NCBI RefSeq assembly: GCF_018350175.1
Contig: NC_058368.1
Coordinates: 185,010,001 to 185,074,000, forward strand
From: Felis catus
Lineage: Eukaryota
DNA length: 64,000 bases
Reading direction: 5' to 3'
How positions within the stretch are numbered: position 1 is the first letter of the stretch; each line of letters opens with the position of its first letter. The notes beneath the pieces are model-generated. The model had not been told where the DNA came from. It saw nothing but the letters and a program-made list of their open reading frames with translations, and searched no databases. Shown one piece after another: positions 24,748 to 38,125 of the stretch. Made by a program: the position numbers and the translations under genes.

Positions 24748-26053
24748 TGTGGGAGAATTTTGTTAAGAGCAGGGCAATCATAGATAGAAATCCATGTTAT
24801 ATTGGACATTGAAATGACTAATTAGGTCTTTCTCCAAGAGCAAAACAGGTTTTTGGTAATCATTGTATTTGCTTGGTCAATGCTTGCCATCACACTGTTG
24901 GTTTGAAATATAGATCTAGTTTGTATATCTCTCCTTAATAAATGAATGCAAAGATTGCCAAATATTTACTCATTTTGCACTGTGTGGGTATAGCCCAAGT
25001 TAGGAGAGTTTAATATGATAAAAACTGTTTCATAGGTACTACTTAATCAGTAAAGAAAGTTTTCAGTCTGTGTCTTCTAATATCTCACCAATATTCAACT
25101 GAATCTGCTGCTATTGAAACCACTAATTAATTAACAATATTTATGGAGTGTTTACTCTTGGTAGAGCGTTTTTATGACATTGAACATACAGTTGCCAGAG
25201 GTGAGGGCAACTGTCCACAGCCATGCAGTACAGCCCAAGGTGCATCATTCCTAGGGGCTTGGGATGGCATAGTCCTACTTGAAGATATGCAATGTGGTGG
25301 CCTTTTGGAATTGAAATATATGTTTTCTGGTTTAGCAATTAAAGTATGAAAAATTTTCAAGTTGTGCCCTACAGGGCTTTTGCAAACAATCATAATTTGT
25401 ATTTGGAAGTTTACTCAAGGGAAATTCAAACATTTTAGTCCAGAATTATCTAGTTGGGGTTTTGTAGCCTGATATGAAATTCAAGAAGGAATTGAAAAGC
25501 AATGCTTTGTTTCACATTCATCAGACCTCTCATTTCATCAATCAGTAGAGAGTTTTACCTTAAAAGGGCTTAGAAAAATGAAACAAAAATGATTGCATAA
25601 ATTTTCTCAGAATTCTAGATGTAAGTAGGATATGATTACTCTCTTTTCCAGGCAGGGCAAGAAGCCAGACATATTTCTAAAAACTTCAAAACTGCAGCCT
25701 CAAATTCTGACATCTTTAACATGTAAATTATTGACAGGTTGGTGTATTATTTGCAATTAAGAAAAAAAAAGGACTTATATTAAGTAATATAGGCAAATAA
25801 TTGCAATTTTGTTTTTTTAAGGTAATTAGCCATCACTCAAATATTTCAGATATAAACCTAATTAGGGTTGCAATTAATTATATTTACCATGTTCTGATAC
25901 AATATTTAATTATTTTACTGATTTTAAGTTATATTTCTTGTTGAAAACAGTGAGTGACTTGGAGTTTTAAAATCAGCTTAAATAAAGAGGGACAACATTG
26001 GATATGAAAAAACCACTGCCTTATAAATAATAGTTTAAGAATTAAATCATGCA

Positions 26054-26303
26054 GGAGCATCTGGGTGGCTCAGTTGGTTGACAGCCTGACTATTGATTTT
26101 GGCTCAGGTCATGATCTCACGGTCTTGGGATTGAGCCTGGTGTTGGGCTCTGCACTGGGAGCACGGAGGCTTGGGATTCTCTCTACCCTCTCTCTGCCTC
26201 TGCCCCATTCCTGCTCATGCACATGCGTGCATTCTCTTTCTCAAAAAACAAAAACAAAACAAAACAAAGCAAACAACAACAACAACAACAACAACACCCC
26301 CAA
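26054..26303 (+). mobile_element. Can-SINE (older) with (AAAAC)n/(AAC)n tail
   Basis: TSD aagaat(t/c)aaatcatgca. Confidence 0.9.
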
Positions 26304-27180
26304 AAGAATCAAATCATGCAGTGGCAATTTAGCAATTGAATTAAATTAATCAATGGAAAGACGTAGAAATATTTTTGATGAGTGATTTATTTGATCTTAA
26401 TTGGAAACTTTTCAAAGAACTGGAAGAGTATAGAAGGGAGTTGTGGAAAAAATAATGACTGAGGATGAAAGAAAAAAAAAAGAAACAAAATCAAAAAAAC
26501 AAAGCCCACATTGGATTATCCTGCTGGCCTCACTTCATCTCTGTGTATATGAAAAGTGGGGTTGTAAGGGCAAGGTCAGTTTGGTAATATTTGATTCACC
26601 AGGTCAACCACAAGTCATCAGCACAATTGAAGAGTAGGAAACCTCGAAGTTTTCTCTTTTAATCTACACAGTATCAGATTACTGTTTGGAAGAATCTTTG
26701 CTGTGTGATGGGGCAACCAGTCTACTTCCTATAGCTTAAGCTGTTATCTGGTGATCTGAGCCATATAGACCATTAGAATTGGATTATGATTAGCAGGTAA
26801 GAATTTCCCAGGGTGGTGGGTTCACTCTTATAGGAAAAGTACAAATTAACATAGTTTTTTCACAAGATGTTGTTCATAGATTGGTTGCTTTTAAACATTT
26901 CTGACCTTGTATAACCACTGTAGTCAAATATTAAATATAGTCATTATAGGTAATGAAGCTGTTTTTTAAATTATTTAAGAAAGGATACTTGTATAATAAA
27001 GTAATTATTATTGCATTAAAAAACCACTCTCTTATCCTATTATTTTAACAACTCTGGAATAGCACTGGAAAAGACCTTGGCGGTAAAGTCAACTTCTTAT
27101 TGACTGATAAGGAAAGCAAAGTGTGTGGAGGCCTGGTTTCCCTAGGTTACCTAGAATGGTAATCAAAACCCACTTCTCCT

Positions 27181-27274
27181 CGGGCACCTTTTGGGATGAG
27201 CACTGGGTGTTGTATGGAAACCAATTTGTCAATAAATTTCATATATAAAAAAAATAAATAAGTAAATAAAAAAA
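27181..27274 (+). mobile_element. Extremely 5'-truncated young feline L1 (94 bp)
   Basis: L1 3' terminus plus A tail; perfect 16-bp TSD AAAACCCACTTCTCCT. Confidence 0.95.
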
Positions 27275-27375
27275 AAAACCCACTTCTCCTCTTTTGAAAT
27301 TGGCTTCAGAAACACAAAGAAAACCACTCATTATGGTAGAAACATAATTTTCAACCAAAATGAAATAACACATAT

Positions 27376-27395
27376 TTTAAAGTTTACTTATTTAT

Positions 27396-27430
<35 letters not shown>

Positions 27431-27590
27431 ACGTATGAGCAGGTGGGGGAGGGGCAGAGAGAGAGGGAGAGGGAGAATCCATGCAAATAGAGTGGAACCT
27501 GCTTGGGGCTCAAACTCATGAACTGTGAGATCATGACCTGCACCAGAATCAAGAGTCTGATGCTTAACAGACTGAGCCACCTCGGTGCCC
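27376..27590 (-). mobile_element. Can-SINE (older)
   Basis: SINEC body with (GA)n. Confidence 0.9.
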
Positions 27591-27644
27591 AATGCATTTT
27601 AATTAACCTTCACTCGTAAGACTTGGTTCCAAATTATTTGAGAC

Positions 27645-28151
27645 CTAAATTATTGTTATGGAAAAATTTAAATGTATATAGAAATAGAAAAACCTAATGA
27701 ACCTTAATTTATCTAACATCCGATTTCCATATTATAAAACATTTTGTTAGCCATATTTTATTTCCCATTCCTATTACTACTGCTACTACATTAGTGGAGG
27801 GTTTTTTTTTGTTTGTTTGTTTGTTTTTTGTTTTTTGTTTGTTTTTTTTTGTTGTTTTTTTTTTTTGCTTGGATATTATCCTTTAAAGCAAATCCCAAAT
27901 ATCATGTCATCTAACTTGAGTTGCTAGTTATTTCTTCAATCATGATATAAAGACATTTTTTAACATAATCACAATGCCATTATCGTACCTAACAAAATTA
28001 ACAATTTCTTAACATTATATAATACCCAGTCCATATTTAAGTTTTCTTGATTATTTCGAGTGTTTTTTTTTTTTTTTTGAGTTAGTTTGAATCAGGGTCC
28101 AAACAAGGTGTACACATTATATTTGGTTTTTATTTTTTAAAGTTTGTTTGC

Positions 28152-28196
<45 letters not shown>

Positions 28197-28740
28197 TCAG
28201 AGCAAGTGATTTGTACTCTTTGTTACACCACATGAAGAGATACATACTTTTGAATGTTCTGCTTTTAGATAGTATCAGCTTGATCTTTCTTAGAAAGTTT
28301 TTCACCAAATTTCACCTAATGATCTTAGCATCTGTGGTGATAGTTGCCCTGACCCATTATTTTATTAAGGGTTGCAAAATGGTGATTTTCTAATTTTATC
28401 ACTCTTTTTGCATTTGTTAGCTAGAAATGTTCTGTAAAAGACTTTTTATTCAGCCAATATTAGCTTTTTTGAAATAACAGTTCATACAGGAAAGTTGGCC
28501 TAAATGCTTGAATTATTCCCTTAATTTGTCAATTTTTAGAGTGTGAGTTGGTGACATAGCAAATTCCAGTCATGATAAATGAAGTTTTTTTCAGTATGAT
28601 TTTTCAGAAATTTGTTATATTTGAGTCATTTATTATTATTATTATTGTTGCTGTTGTTATTGTTATTTCATGTTCAAATTGTCCCATCTTAAGCCACTAG
28701 GAGTTTCTTCAGCTTGACTCTTGAATCCTTTTGGTATCTT
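27645..28740 (-). mobile_element. Ancient mammalian L1 3'UTR (L1M-type) with (TTTG)n and (TTTC)n tracts
   Basis: ttattatggaaaa..; aaagcaaatcccaaatatcatgtca; acataatcacaatgccattatc. Confidence 0.7.
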
Positions 28741-28975
28741 GTTCTCTGTAAGACAAAAACAATACATAAAGAAAAAGAAAATTTGTGCTACAGGCATTCA
28801 GAGAAATACATTGTAGGCTCCCAAGACAATTTAATTAAGACAACAATGTTGGAATAACTATTCCAATTATTGATCTGAAATGGACAACAGTCATATGTAT
28901 GTCTTTTTGGATATTTATTGTCAACCACTTCACATTATTTTATAGGGAAACCTTAAAGTATAATATTCACTTAAA

Positions 28976-29189
28976 ATTTTTTTTTAAACATTTATTTATT
29001 TTTGAGACAGAGAGAGACAGAGCATGAACGGGGGAGGGTCAGAGAGAGAGGGAGACACAGAATCTGAAACAGGCTCCAGGCTCTGAGCTGTCAGCACAGA
29101 GCCTGACGCGGGGCTCAAACTCATGGACTGTGAGATCATGACCTGAGCTGAAGTTGGCCGCTTAACCGACTGAGCCACCTAGGTGCCCC
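28976..29189 (-). mobile_element. Can-SINE
   Basis: Full SINEC; TSD aaagtataat(a/g)ttca. Confidence 0.96.
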
Positions 29190-29384
29190 AAAAGTATAAT
29201 GTTCATTTTAAACCAAGCAACACAGAAGTTCAGAATGTCATGGTACATACTGTTCATTAATCATCCTTTTCAGGAGTTGAGAATTCAGCGATGTAAAATA
29301 ACATAGGAGAAGTGTAACGACTCAAAAAGTTAAGGCTATCTTTTAAGTGCCAACAGAAAACCAGTTTGGTTTCTGTAAAGATGG

Positions 29385-29625
29385 GCAGAGCACATGGGTG
29401 AAGAATTGGGTGTTAGATTCAGAGGAATGTGGATCATGACTCCTCCATATCCTCGTTCTGAGGTTTTCTCAAGTCAAGCCACCTTTTTAAGTCTCAGTTT
29501 CCTCATCTGACAAACCTGGTGATAACACTGATTTCATCATGCAGGGATTAGTATGTGATGAAATAATTGTGAGGCTTTTCACACAGGATATATATCAGCA
29601 ACTAGTGTAGGCAGCATTTAGTAAC
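29385..29625 (+). mobile_element. MIR
   Basis: tctcagtttcctcatctg core. Confidence 0.75.
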
Positions 29626-29826
29626 AATGTCTGGATGGGGTTGGTGGTGGGAGGGAGGGAAGCTCAGCACGGTGGGGTGAGCCATGTGAAGGAATCATGT
29701 CTTTTTGAGTCTGGAATTCATTAGTCTATCACACTTTAGGATTCTACCATCATTAAATGTTAGAGTTAGAAGGGACTTTAGAGGACATCTATTCAACCCC
29801 CATTTCACACTTAAAATTGAAACCTA

Positions 29827-30026
29827 GGGGCTCCTGGGTGACTCAGTCGGTTAAGTGTCCGACTTCGGCTCAGGTCATCATGATCTCACAGTTTGTGGGT
29901 TCGAGACCCATGTCAGACTGTGCTGACAGCCAGAGCTTGGAGCCTGCTTCAGATTCTGTGTCTCCCTCTCTGCCTCTCCCCTACTCATGTTCTCTCTCTC
30001 TCAAAAATAAATAAACATTAATAAAA
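29827..30026 (+). mobile_element. Can-SINE inserted in a MIR
   Basis: SINEC; TSD aaaattgaa(a/g)cc; MIR motifs on both sides. Confidence 0.93.
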
Positions 30027-30104
30027 AAAATTGAAGCCCATTGAAGGTAAGTGACTTGCATTTGGTATCACCACCATACAATCACTGAATAAAAAGTGAA
30101 GACT

Positions 30105-30270
30105 AGAGCAGAATTGCCCGACAGAAATATGCAAACCATATACGCAATTTTAAATTTTTTAGTAGCCATTACATATTTTACATTTATAGAATATCTCCTT
30201 TTGGAGAGCAACATTGCAGATACTCAGTACCACATTGTAGCCAATGACTAGTATTTGGACAGGACAGGTC
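30105..30270. mobile_element. MER3/MER33-like hAT MITE
   Basis: gaaatatgcaaaccatatacgcaattttaaattttttagtagcca...tatttggacag. Confidence 0.6.
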
Positions 30271-31062
30271 CAAAGCTCATTTCTCCCAATTATCAAGCTA
30301 ATGCATTTTCTGTACAGAGCATGACCTTCTTATTATTTTCCATATCAGAAATAATTGCCTTATAATATACATGGGCCATCAAACATCATATTTTCATTTA
30401 AATGGAAATATCACTGGTTGTCCTGATGCATTTTGGGGAGAAAGTTCTTCTAGATAGGCCCTTCCCGGAGACCTAATACTTCTGGAAGCTCCACCAGTGG
30501 CTTACCAATGAAAAATTTTAAATGAGGATGCCTTTTTAGACATAAGATGCTAATTGCAATCATTGAGATTTTTATTTTTCTGTGAACAAGATTTTTGGCT
30601 AAAAGTTCTTTCAGAGTACATTACTAGAGAAGATCAAATTGGTGGCCCAGCTCTAGGAGATTAAGTTCTTAAAATATGCATTAGTTTCACCCCTATCTTA
30701 TTGTATCTTTCATATTTTAGTTTCCATTTAGCACATTAACTGCTTTTTAAAAATACTGTCATTTAAAAATTAAAGTTATATGCATACCTGGCTTTAAGAG
30801 TCAAATAATTTTTCAAGATTTGTTTTAAAGTCAGTAGTCACCTCCCAACCCTATTTCCTGCTTCCCCCGTTCCCAGTCCTCTAGAGGCAAATACTTTGAA
30901 CCTTTCCAGCTATTTCTTGTGGTATTTATCTTCAAAGTTCTAAATAATAGGCTTTCAGTATTATGTCTTGCTTTTTCACTTTTAGGCACTTTTTGGTGGC
31001 CTTTCTGCTATGGAAGATGAAGATTTAGCTCTCTTTCACCCCTTCCTCTTCACATACATAAT

Positions 31063-32496
31063 CTCTTTTTTAAAAATTTTTTTAATTAATTAATTAATTA
31101 ATTAATTTATTTATATATGAAATTTATTGACAAATTGGTTTCCATACAACACCCAGTGCTCATCCCAAAAGGTGCCCTTCTCAATACCCATCACCCACCC
31201 TCTCCTCCCTCCCACCCCCCATCAACCCTCAGTTTGTTCTCAGTTTTTAACAGTCTCTTATGCTTTGGCTCTCTCCCACTCTAACCTGTTTTTTTTTTTT
31301 TTTTTCCTTCCCCTCCCCCATGGGTTCCTGTTAAGTTTCTCAGGATCCACGTAAGAGTGAAACCATATGGTATCTGTCTTTCTCTGTATGGCTTATTTCA
31401 CTTAGCATCACACTCTCCAGTTCCATCCACGTTGCTGCAAAAGGCCCTATTTCATTTTTTTCTCATTGCCACGTAGTACTCCATTGTGTATATAAACCAC
31501 AATTTCTTTATCCATTCATCAGTTGATGGACATTTAGGCTCTTTCCATAATTTGGCTATTGTTGAGAGTGCTGCTATGAACATTGGGGTACAAGTGGCCC
31601 TATGCATCAGTACTCCTGTATCCCTTGGATAAATTCCTAGCAATGCTATTGCTGGGTCATAGGGTAGGTCTATTTTTAATTTTTTGAGGAACCTCCACAC
31701 TGCTTTCCAGAGCGGCTGCACCAATTTGCATTCCCACCAACAGTGCAAGAGGGTTCCCGTTTCTCTACATCCTCTCCAGCATCTATAGTCTGATTTGTTC
31801 ATTTTGGCCACTCTGACGGGCGTGAGGTGATACCTGAGTGTGGTTTTGATTTGTATTTCCCTGATAAGGAGCGACGCTGAACATCTTTTCATGTGCCTGT
31901 TGGCCATCCGGATGTCTTCTTTAGAGAGTGTCTATTCATGTTTTCTGCCCATTTCTTCACTGGGTTATTTGTTTTTCGGGTGTGGAGTTTGGTGAGCTCT
32001 TTATAGATTTTGGATACTAGCCCTTTGTCCGATATGTCATTTGCGAATATCTTTTCCCATTCCGTTGGTTGCCTTTTAGTTTTGTTGGTTGTTTCCTTTG
32101 CTGTGCAGAAGCTTTTTATCTTCATAAGGTCCCAGTAATTCACTTTTGCTTTTAATTCCCTTGCCTTTGGGGATGTGTCGAGTAAGAGATTGCTACGGCT
32201 GAGGTCAGAGAGGTCTTTTCCTGCTTTCTCCTCTAAGGTTTTGATGGTTTCCTGTCTCACATTTAGGTCCTTTATCCATTTTGAGTTTATTTTTGTGAAT
32301 GGTGTGAGAAAGTGGTCTAGTTTCAACCTTCTGCATGTTGCTTTCCAGTTCTCCCAGCACCATTTGTTAAAGAGGCTGTCTTTTTTCCATTGGATGTTCT
32401 TTCCTGCTTTGTCAAAGATGAGTTGGCCATACATTTGTGGGTCTAGTTCTGGGGTTTCTATTCTATTCCATTGGTCTATGTGTCTGTTTTTGTGCC
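31063..32496 (-). mobile_element. Young 5'-truncated feline LINE-1 (~1.4 kb), nested in an older L1M relic
   Basis: A-rich tail, 3'UTR and ORF2 C-terminus with CpGs retained; short TSD ACATAAT (31056-31062, 32497-32503). Confidence 0.97.
31452..32496 (-). pseudogene. L1 ORF2p C-terminal fragment (frameshifted, 5'-truncated)
   Basis: ORFs 31889-32500 ([14 protein letters not shown]...[10 protein letters not shown]) and 31452-31907 (CWRGC..HCWWEC cysteine-rich motif, [11 protein letters not shown]) are separated by a frameshift near 31920. Confidence 0.95.
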
Positions 32497-32727
32497 ACAT
32501 AATTATTCTCTTGATCCTTCACTCATTCAATATAGTTCTGTCATAATTTTGGCTAGAAAACTCAGTGTTCAGCAATGGGATCGCTGTCTGTAAACACTGC
32601 TCATGCCTCAGCCATGTGGTATTATATTCATAATACCACAAGTATTGTATCTTATTTTTCTTTTCTTTCACAAAAATTTTTAGCTCCTGCTGGAGTTGAT
32701 AATATTTTTATTGTTGTTTAATTTGAA

Positions 32728-32930
32728 TGTTTATATATAAATATGTATATATATACACATATATATGTATGTATATATGTATATACATATATATGTGTAT
32801 ATATATACATATATATGTATGTATATATGTATATACATATATATGTGTATATATGTATATATATACATTATATATACATTATATATATACATTATATATA
32901 TCTATATATATCTATATCTATATATATATC
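32728..32930. repeat. (TA)n/(TATG)n low-complexity tract
   Basis: Direct reading. Confidence 0.95.
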
Positions 32931-33330
32931 TCCATCTGTGAACTCACTTAGTTGAGAAGTGCAGGTTGAGCTTTTGTTTGCAGGATGAGTAGATGAGAAC
33001 TAGTCGAAGGAGGGGTGTGTGTGGGGAAGCATCTAGAAAGACATAAGAATATGTGCAAAGGCCCTGTGTCTAGAAGACAATGGTAGAAGAAAACCAGGAG
33101 GTCTGACTGGAACCTAGAGATGAAGGGAGAGGAGAGAGAGATGAAATAAACTGCTGGAGAGGCAGAAGGATCCAGGCCATCCACAGTGTATAGGTAGTAT
33201 CAATGGTTGGTCTTGATTTTAAGTATACTTAAAAAAATTTAAGCATTTACAGTAGAGGAGATAGATGGCCAGATTTAAACCTTCCTGTCCATTCTGTGTA
33301 TTTCTTCATATTTTTTATATTTTTATGATA

Positions 33331-33835
33331 CAATAGTCCCCCCCCCCCCCCACCCCGCCATTATATGCAGTTTCCCTTTGTGCAGATTCAGTTATCCATG
33401 GCCAACTGCGGTCCAAGGGCAGGGGATCCTCTTTGTAATATATTGCTGGAAGGCAAATAAGAGCCCAATGCTATGTCACAAGGCCTATGTCATTCACCTC
33501 ACTTCATCTCAGGACACAGTAATTTTATCATCCAACATCATCACAAGAAGAAAAAGGGTGAGAACAGCACAGAGTATTTTGAGGCAGGGGGAGACCACAT
33601 TCACATGACTTTTATTATACTATATTGCTATAATTGTTTTACTTTACTATTAATTATTGCTGTTAATCTGTTACTCTATCTAGTTTATAAATTAAACTTC
33701 ATCACAGACGTGTGTATAGGAAAAAACATAGTATATATAGGGTTTAGTATAGATAAGGTTTAGGACTATATATATAGGTTCAGGCGTTCTCTGGGGGTCT
33801 TTGAATGTAGCCCTTGAAGGTAAGTGGAGCTACTG
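33331..33835. mobile_element. MER44-like Tigger (Tc1/mariner) MITE
   Basis: CAATAGTCCCCC...CTACTG termini with TA on both sides; diagnostic internal sequence. Confidence 0.85.
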
Positions 33836-34612
33836 TAATGTCCTATTTTGATGAAGATAGTCCGAGTCTTTTGTTGTTTTATCAATGATTTAAGAGCTCT
33901 CATACATTTACATTCTGCTGTCAATACTCAGTTGGACTGGATTTTGGGTCTGTTTTGTTCCATTGTCTGAATGTTGCCTAGAGCTACAAATATACCATTC
34001 ATACTATTCTTTTGCATTTGTAGCAAATAGTTGTTTTTGGTTCCCTTAATAGTTGTTGTTGCATCAAATCAATTCACAGCTGTCATTTTTCAGGTACAAT
34101 TCTCAAGTTAAACCTCTTTTCAGTCGTATCTTTTATTTTACTATGTCAAAAAGCACTTTAATTTGTTTCTGGCATGTTATCTTTTTGAAGTCTTAAGAAC
34201 TCCAAGTACAATTATTGTCAATGCAAGATTTCAGCTGCAATTCGTTTGTTGTCTTGTTTCCATTCATTCACAAATTGTAATTTATAAGGGGCAAAAATTC
34301 ACGATGTATGAGTATCATTTTGTTTTCTTTCACAGTACCTGAACCTGACAGTTTTGTTCCTGCCCACACTCCCTCTTCTGCTTTTACCTATTCTGGGGAT
34401 CAGATCAATCAGGGAACCAGAGGTGGGGTGGCGGTTGTTTCAGAAAGGGCTGAGAGGTACTGCAAAATTAAAATATGCAAAGAAAAAAATGCTGGTATAA
34501 AAGGGAGTCTGGGAGGGAAATGAGAAAATACGAGTGTCTGTGAGGATGGGAATATTGGGTTGTTAAAAAATTTTGTTTTCTTTCAGAAAATGAGCGAAGA
34601 ATGGGGAGAAAA

Positions 34613-34787
34613 TTTTTTTTTGTTATTTATTTATTTTTTAATTCCTATATAGTTAACAGTGTTATATTAGTTTCAGGTGTATGGTATAGTAATTCAGCAC
34701 CCAGTGCTCATCCCAAGTGCACTCCTGAATCCCCATCACCTATTTCACCAATCTCCCCCATTCACCTCCCTTCTGGTAATCAGCAGT
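34613..34787 (-). mobile_element. Short carnivore L1 3' end
   Basis: cccagtgctcatcccaagtgc...cccatcacc; TSD-like tggggagaa(g)aatttt on both sides. Confidence 0.8.
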
Positions 34788-36109
34788 TGGGGAGAAGAAT
34801 TTGGGGCAATTAGCATGAGCACTGGGATGCAGAGAACTGGGACAAGAATTTTAAGATATGATGTGGTGAGTTCTTTTTTTTAAGGAATCTTTTTGAATAC
34901 TTGAAAAGTCAAAATCAGAATTACGTTTTTTTCTTTGGGTAATATACTGTGTGATACTGGACTATATGGGGCCCCATTTATCTTTGAGTAATATATTTGT
35001 ACCACTGGGTAACAGCAAATGATGTTCCAGGTGGTTTTCTGTAAATTAGCATGCCAATGGCAGAGTTCTTCGGGAGTGTGAAGAAGTAGGCTGTGGACAT
35101 GGTTTGGAAGGAGATGGCAATATGGATGGCTAATTTTTCTGCAGAAGAACTTTACAGGCATTTGACTTTTGAGAGAGTATCTCAACGGGAGCCAGGGACT
35201 GGGGGAAAGGGTAAAACAACATAATAATTGAGGCTAGGACTTTGAGACAAAATACAAATATTGAAAAATTCCCAGTGGCAAAGATGGCTTGAAAAATTTA
35301 AGATCGGGGATGTGTCATATTAGATTTAGAACTGTTTGCTCTGCTCTGTATGCTGTGATGGAACCTTCTTTGGTCATCTGCAACACTGCTTTGTGAGAAT
35401 CATACACTGGGAAACTTACCGTTAACATAGGACAGAGAGAAAAAGGGCCATTGGGAGGTTAGAATGAGAATGAGATTTCTGTAGGCTCTCCACATAGGAG
35501 TAAGTAGTAATAATGAGAATAAATCCCTAAATATCTGTAAAAACCTTGAGGAAAGCATTATGGATTGGGGCACGAGTGTTGGAAGCATGCCCCTATAGAA
35601 GTGGAAGCAGACATGTGGATTATGAGAATACTGTGGCTTTTCTCTCATCATCATTATTTCTTTAGAGGGTTTTCATTTTTTGCCTGATGTGAAAATCCTC
35701 CACAATCAGCTACTCAAGAAAGAATTTGCAAAGGCATCCTTTCTTTGCAAAATGAAGTGATAATTGAGTTCAAACAAACAAACAAGGAAACTTTGTTCCA
35801 CTTCTAACAGCAAAGTTGGCAAAATCACAAGATGTGTAATTTTATGGGGCTAGATGGGTTCCTGGGAAACCCACGACCAAATACCTTGAACAATTTGTTA
35901 AGGGTTCTGCACTCTAAATGGCCTCTAGATCAGTGCAGCTGCAGGCAATTTGCAGAAGACTGGCAATGTGGTGTGTGGACCCTGTGGCACTGAATGCTAA
36001 TCTGAGACTATCCCCTCCAACAGCTTTTGCCATTCATCATTTCCACATCCAGATGGCTCCCATTGTCTTCTAGTCCTCTTTTTTTTGTGCAAAGTGGCTG
36101 CTCTTAAAT

Positions 36110-36540
36110 CATGGTATATTAGTGTTGGAAGCAATTTTATTATTCATCTAGTAGTCTAATCACCACTTTTGTAAAAGAGGAAATGGAAACCCAAAGAGGG
36201 GAAATATCATGGTCAAAACTACCCAGTTACTTACAGCTGAGACAAGAACATTTATCTCTTGGCTCTCAGCCTGATGCTCATTCCAGCTCACAAGGATCTC
36301 ATAATTTTTGGGAAATCACGTAGCACAGGCTTTGGAGTCAGATGATCACAAGTCCAAATCTCATCTCTGTTACTTAATAGCTGTGTGGCCCTGGACAGTT
36401 AATCTCCAGTTTTCTCATCTGTAAAATGAAGATGATAATGGAACCTCCATCACAGACTGTAAATGACGACAAATTGATACTGATATTTAAAGTGTCTGGT
36501 ACATAGTAAGTGCTCAGTTAATTAGCTTTTCTCATTATGG
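36110..36540. mobile_element. Two MIRs in opposite orientations
   Basis: ttttgtaaaagaggaaatgga and cagttttctcatctgtaaaatg cores. Confidence 0.7.
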
Positions 36541-37298
36541 CACCAGATCTTTTCACATTAAAGCGTGAAGAATTGGTTCTTTCCAGGAGGGAGGAACAAA
36601 GGAGATTTTATTCCTGAGCATCTTCATAAGCATGTGTTGGCTTCATACATGCTAATAATATACATCAGTCTAGTGATCAAGGATTGCCAGCCTGATGGTT
36701 GAAAATGTCTTTCTGTAGTAGGAAACATTTTGCTGGGGAGAATGAAATATTTAAGTTCTTAAATACTGAGATCCCTGTTGGTGTCTGGCATACATTCATC
36801 AGTCATGATGATCAGTGGACCCTGTCACCAATTTGCGGGTACCAAATATTAATAAAATATATTCTGAATTCATGATACTGTATATATTTAAAATATGGTT
36901 TGATATTTCAAGGGTATAAAATGGCTTCAAAGTAAAACAACACACAGTGTTTCCGTAACTTCATAGGATAGTTGGTGAATGTATAAGCTTTCTAATTTTT
37001 AAAGGCATAATTAATGCATTGAGAAATCTAAAAAAGAAGGCAAATGACATTAACACATAGTCCTCCTTTAAATTAATGTATTAATTGCCAATTGAAGACA
37101 GAAAATTTTAAATCTTAGAAGTTGATCAGTATCTAGAAGATACTGCAAAAAATACACACTTGTTAAAAATTAGCCTGAAAACAATGGACTTTGACATACT
37201 GACATTTAGTCTCTTCTAAAAAGTGTTTTCCCCATGAATTCATAACATCTTTACCATTGATACAGAAGTTCAATTTCCATGACAGCAAGAGCCTAATG

Positions 37299-37477
37299 CA
37301 GTGTTCTCTACATACTAACTGCAGAAGAATTACATGGGGGAGAATTTTTTTAGATGCACATTCCCAGTTTGTAACCTAGAGATTCTGGTTCAGAAGATCT
37401 AAGGTGGGATGCAGGAATCTGCATGCTTAAAATCTCTCTAGGTGATTCTTGAGCACCCTAAAATTTGAAAACCACTG
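37299..37477. mobile_element. MER5-like MITE
   Basis: CAGTGTTCTC...TTTGAAAACCACTG. Confidence 0.75.
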
Positions 37478-37662
37478 CCCTAAGGGAATTCCTTGTTTGG
37501 GATGCTATTGCTTCCAAACAAAAATATGCCATGTCTTAAGAAAACCTAACATATCCAAATCCTAGAACAAAAATGATTATATGTACCACTCAAGGGTTTC
37601 TTATTCTACAAAAAGATTTATGTCGTGTTTTAAAAATAGTGTTTTAAAAATAGTGAGTTTTT

Positions 37663-37870
37663 GGGAGCACCTATGTGGCTCAGTCAATTAAGCATCCTAC
37701 TCTTGGTTTCAGCACAGGTCATGATCTCATGGTTCCTGGGTTTGAGCCCCGCATTGGGCTCCATGCTGACAGTGTAGATGCTGCATGGGATTCTCTCTTT
37801 CTCCCTCTGTCTCTACTCCTCCCCCGCCCACTCTCTCTGTCTCTCTCAAAAATAAACTTAAATTAATTTA
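37663..37870 (+). mobile_element. Can-SINE (older)
   Basis: SINEC body. Confidence 0.92.
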
Positions 37871-37884
37871 AAAAATAGCTTTTT

Positions 37885-38125
37885 GAACAAAGAAAAAAGA
37901 CGTACCAAAAAACAGACTCTTAACTATAGAGAACAAACTAATGGTTCCCGGGAGGGAGGTGGGTATGGGGAGGGGTGAAATAGGTGAAGGGGATTAAAGA
38001 GTATACTTATCATGATGAGCACTGAGTAATGTATAGAATTAGAATCACTCACTGTATTGTACAACCTGAAACTAATATAACACTTTAGATTAACTATCCT
38101 GGAATTAAAATAAAATAAACAAGTA
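37885..38125 (+). mobile_element. Carnivore L1 3'UTR fragment
   Basis: cagactcttaactatagagaacaaact...gatgagcactgag...cctgaaactaatataacac. Confidence 0.88.

Noticed and set aside
31452..32500. Functional reverse transcriptase gene
   Set aside because: Only the C-terminal part of L1 ORF2 is present, 5'-truncated and frameshifted, with no EN domain, RT core or promoter.
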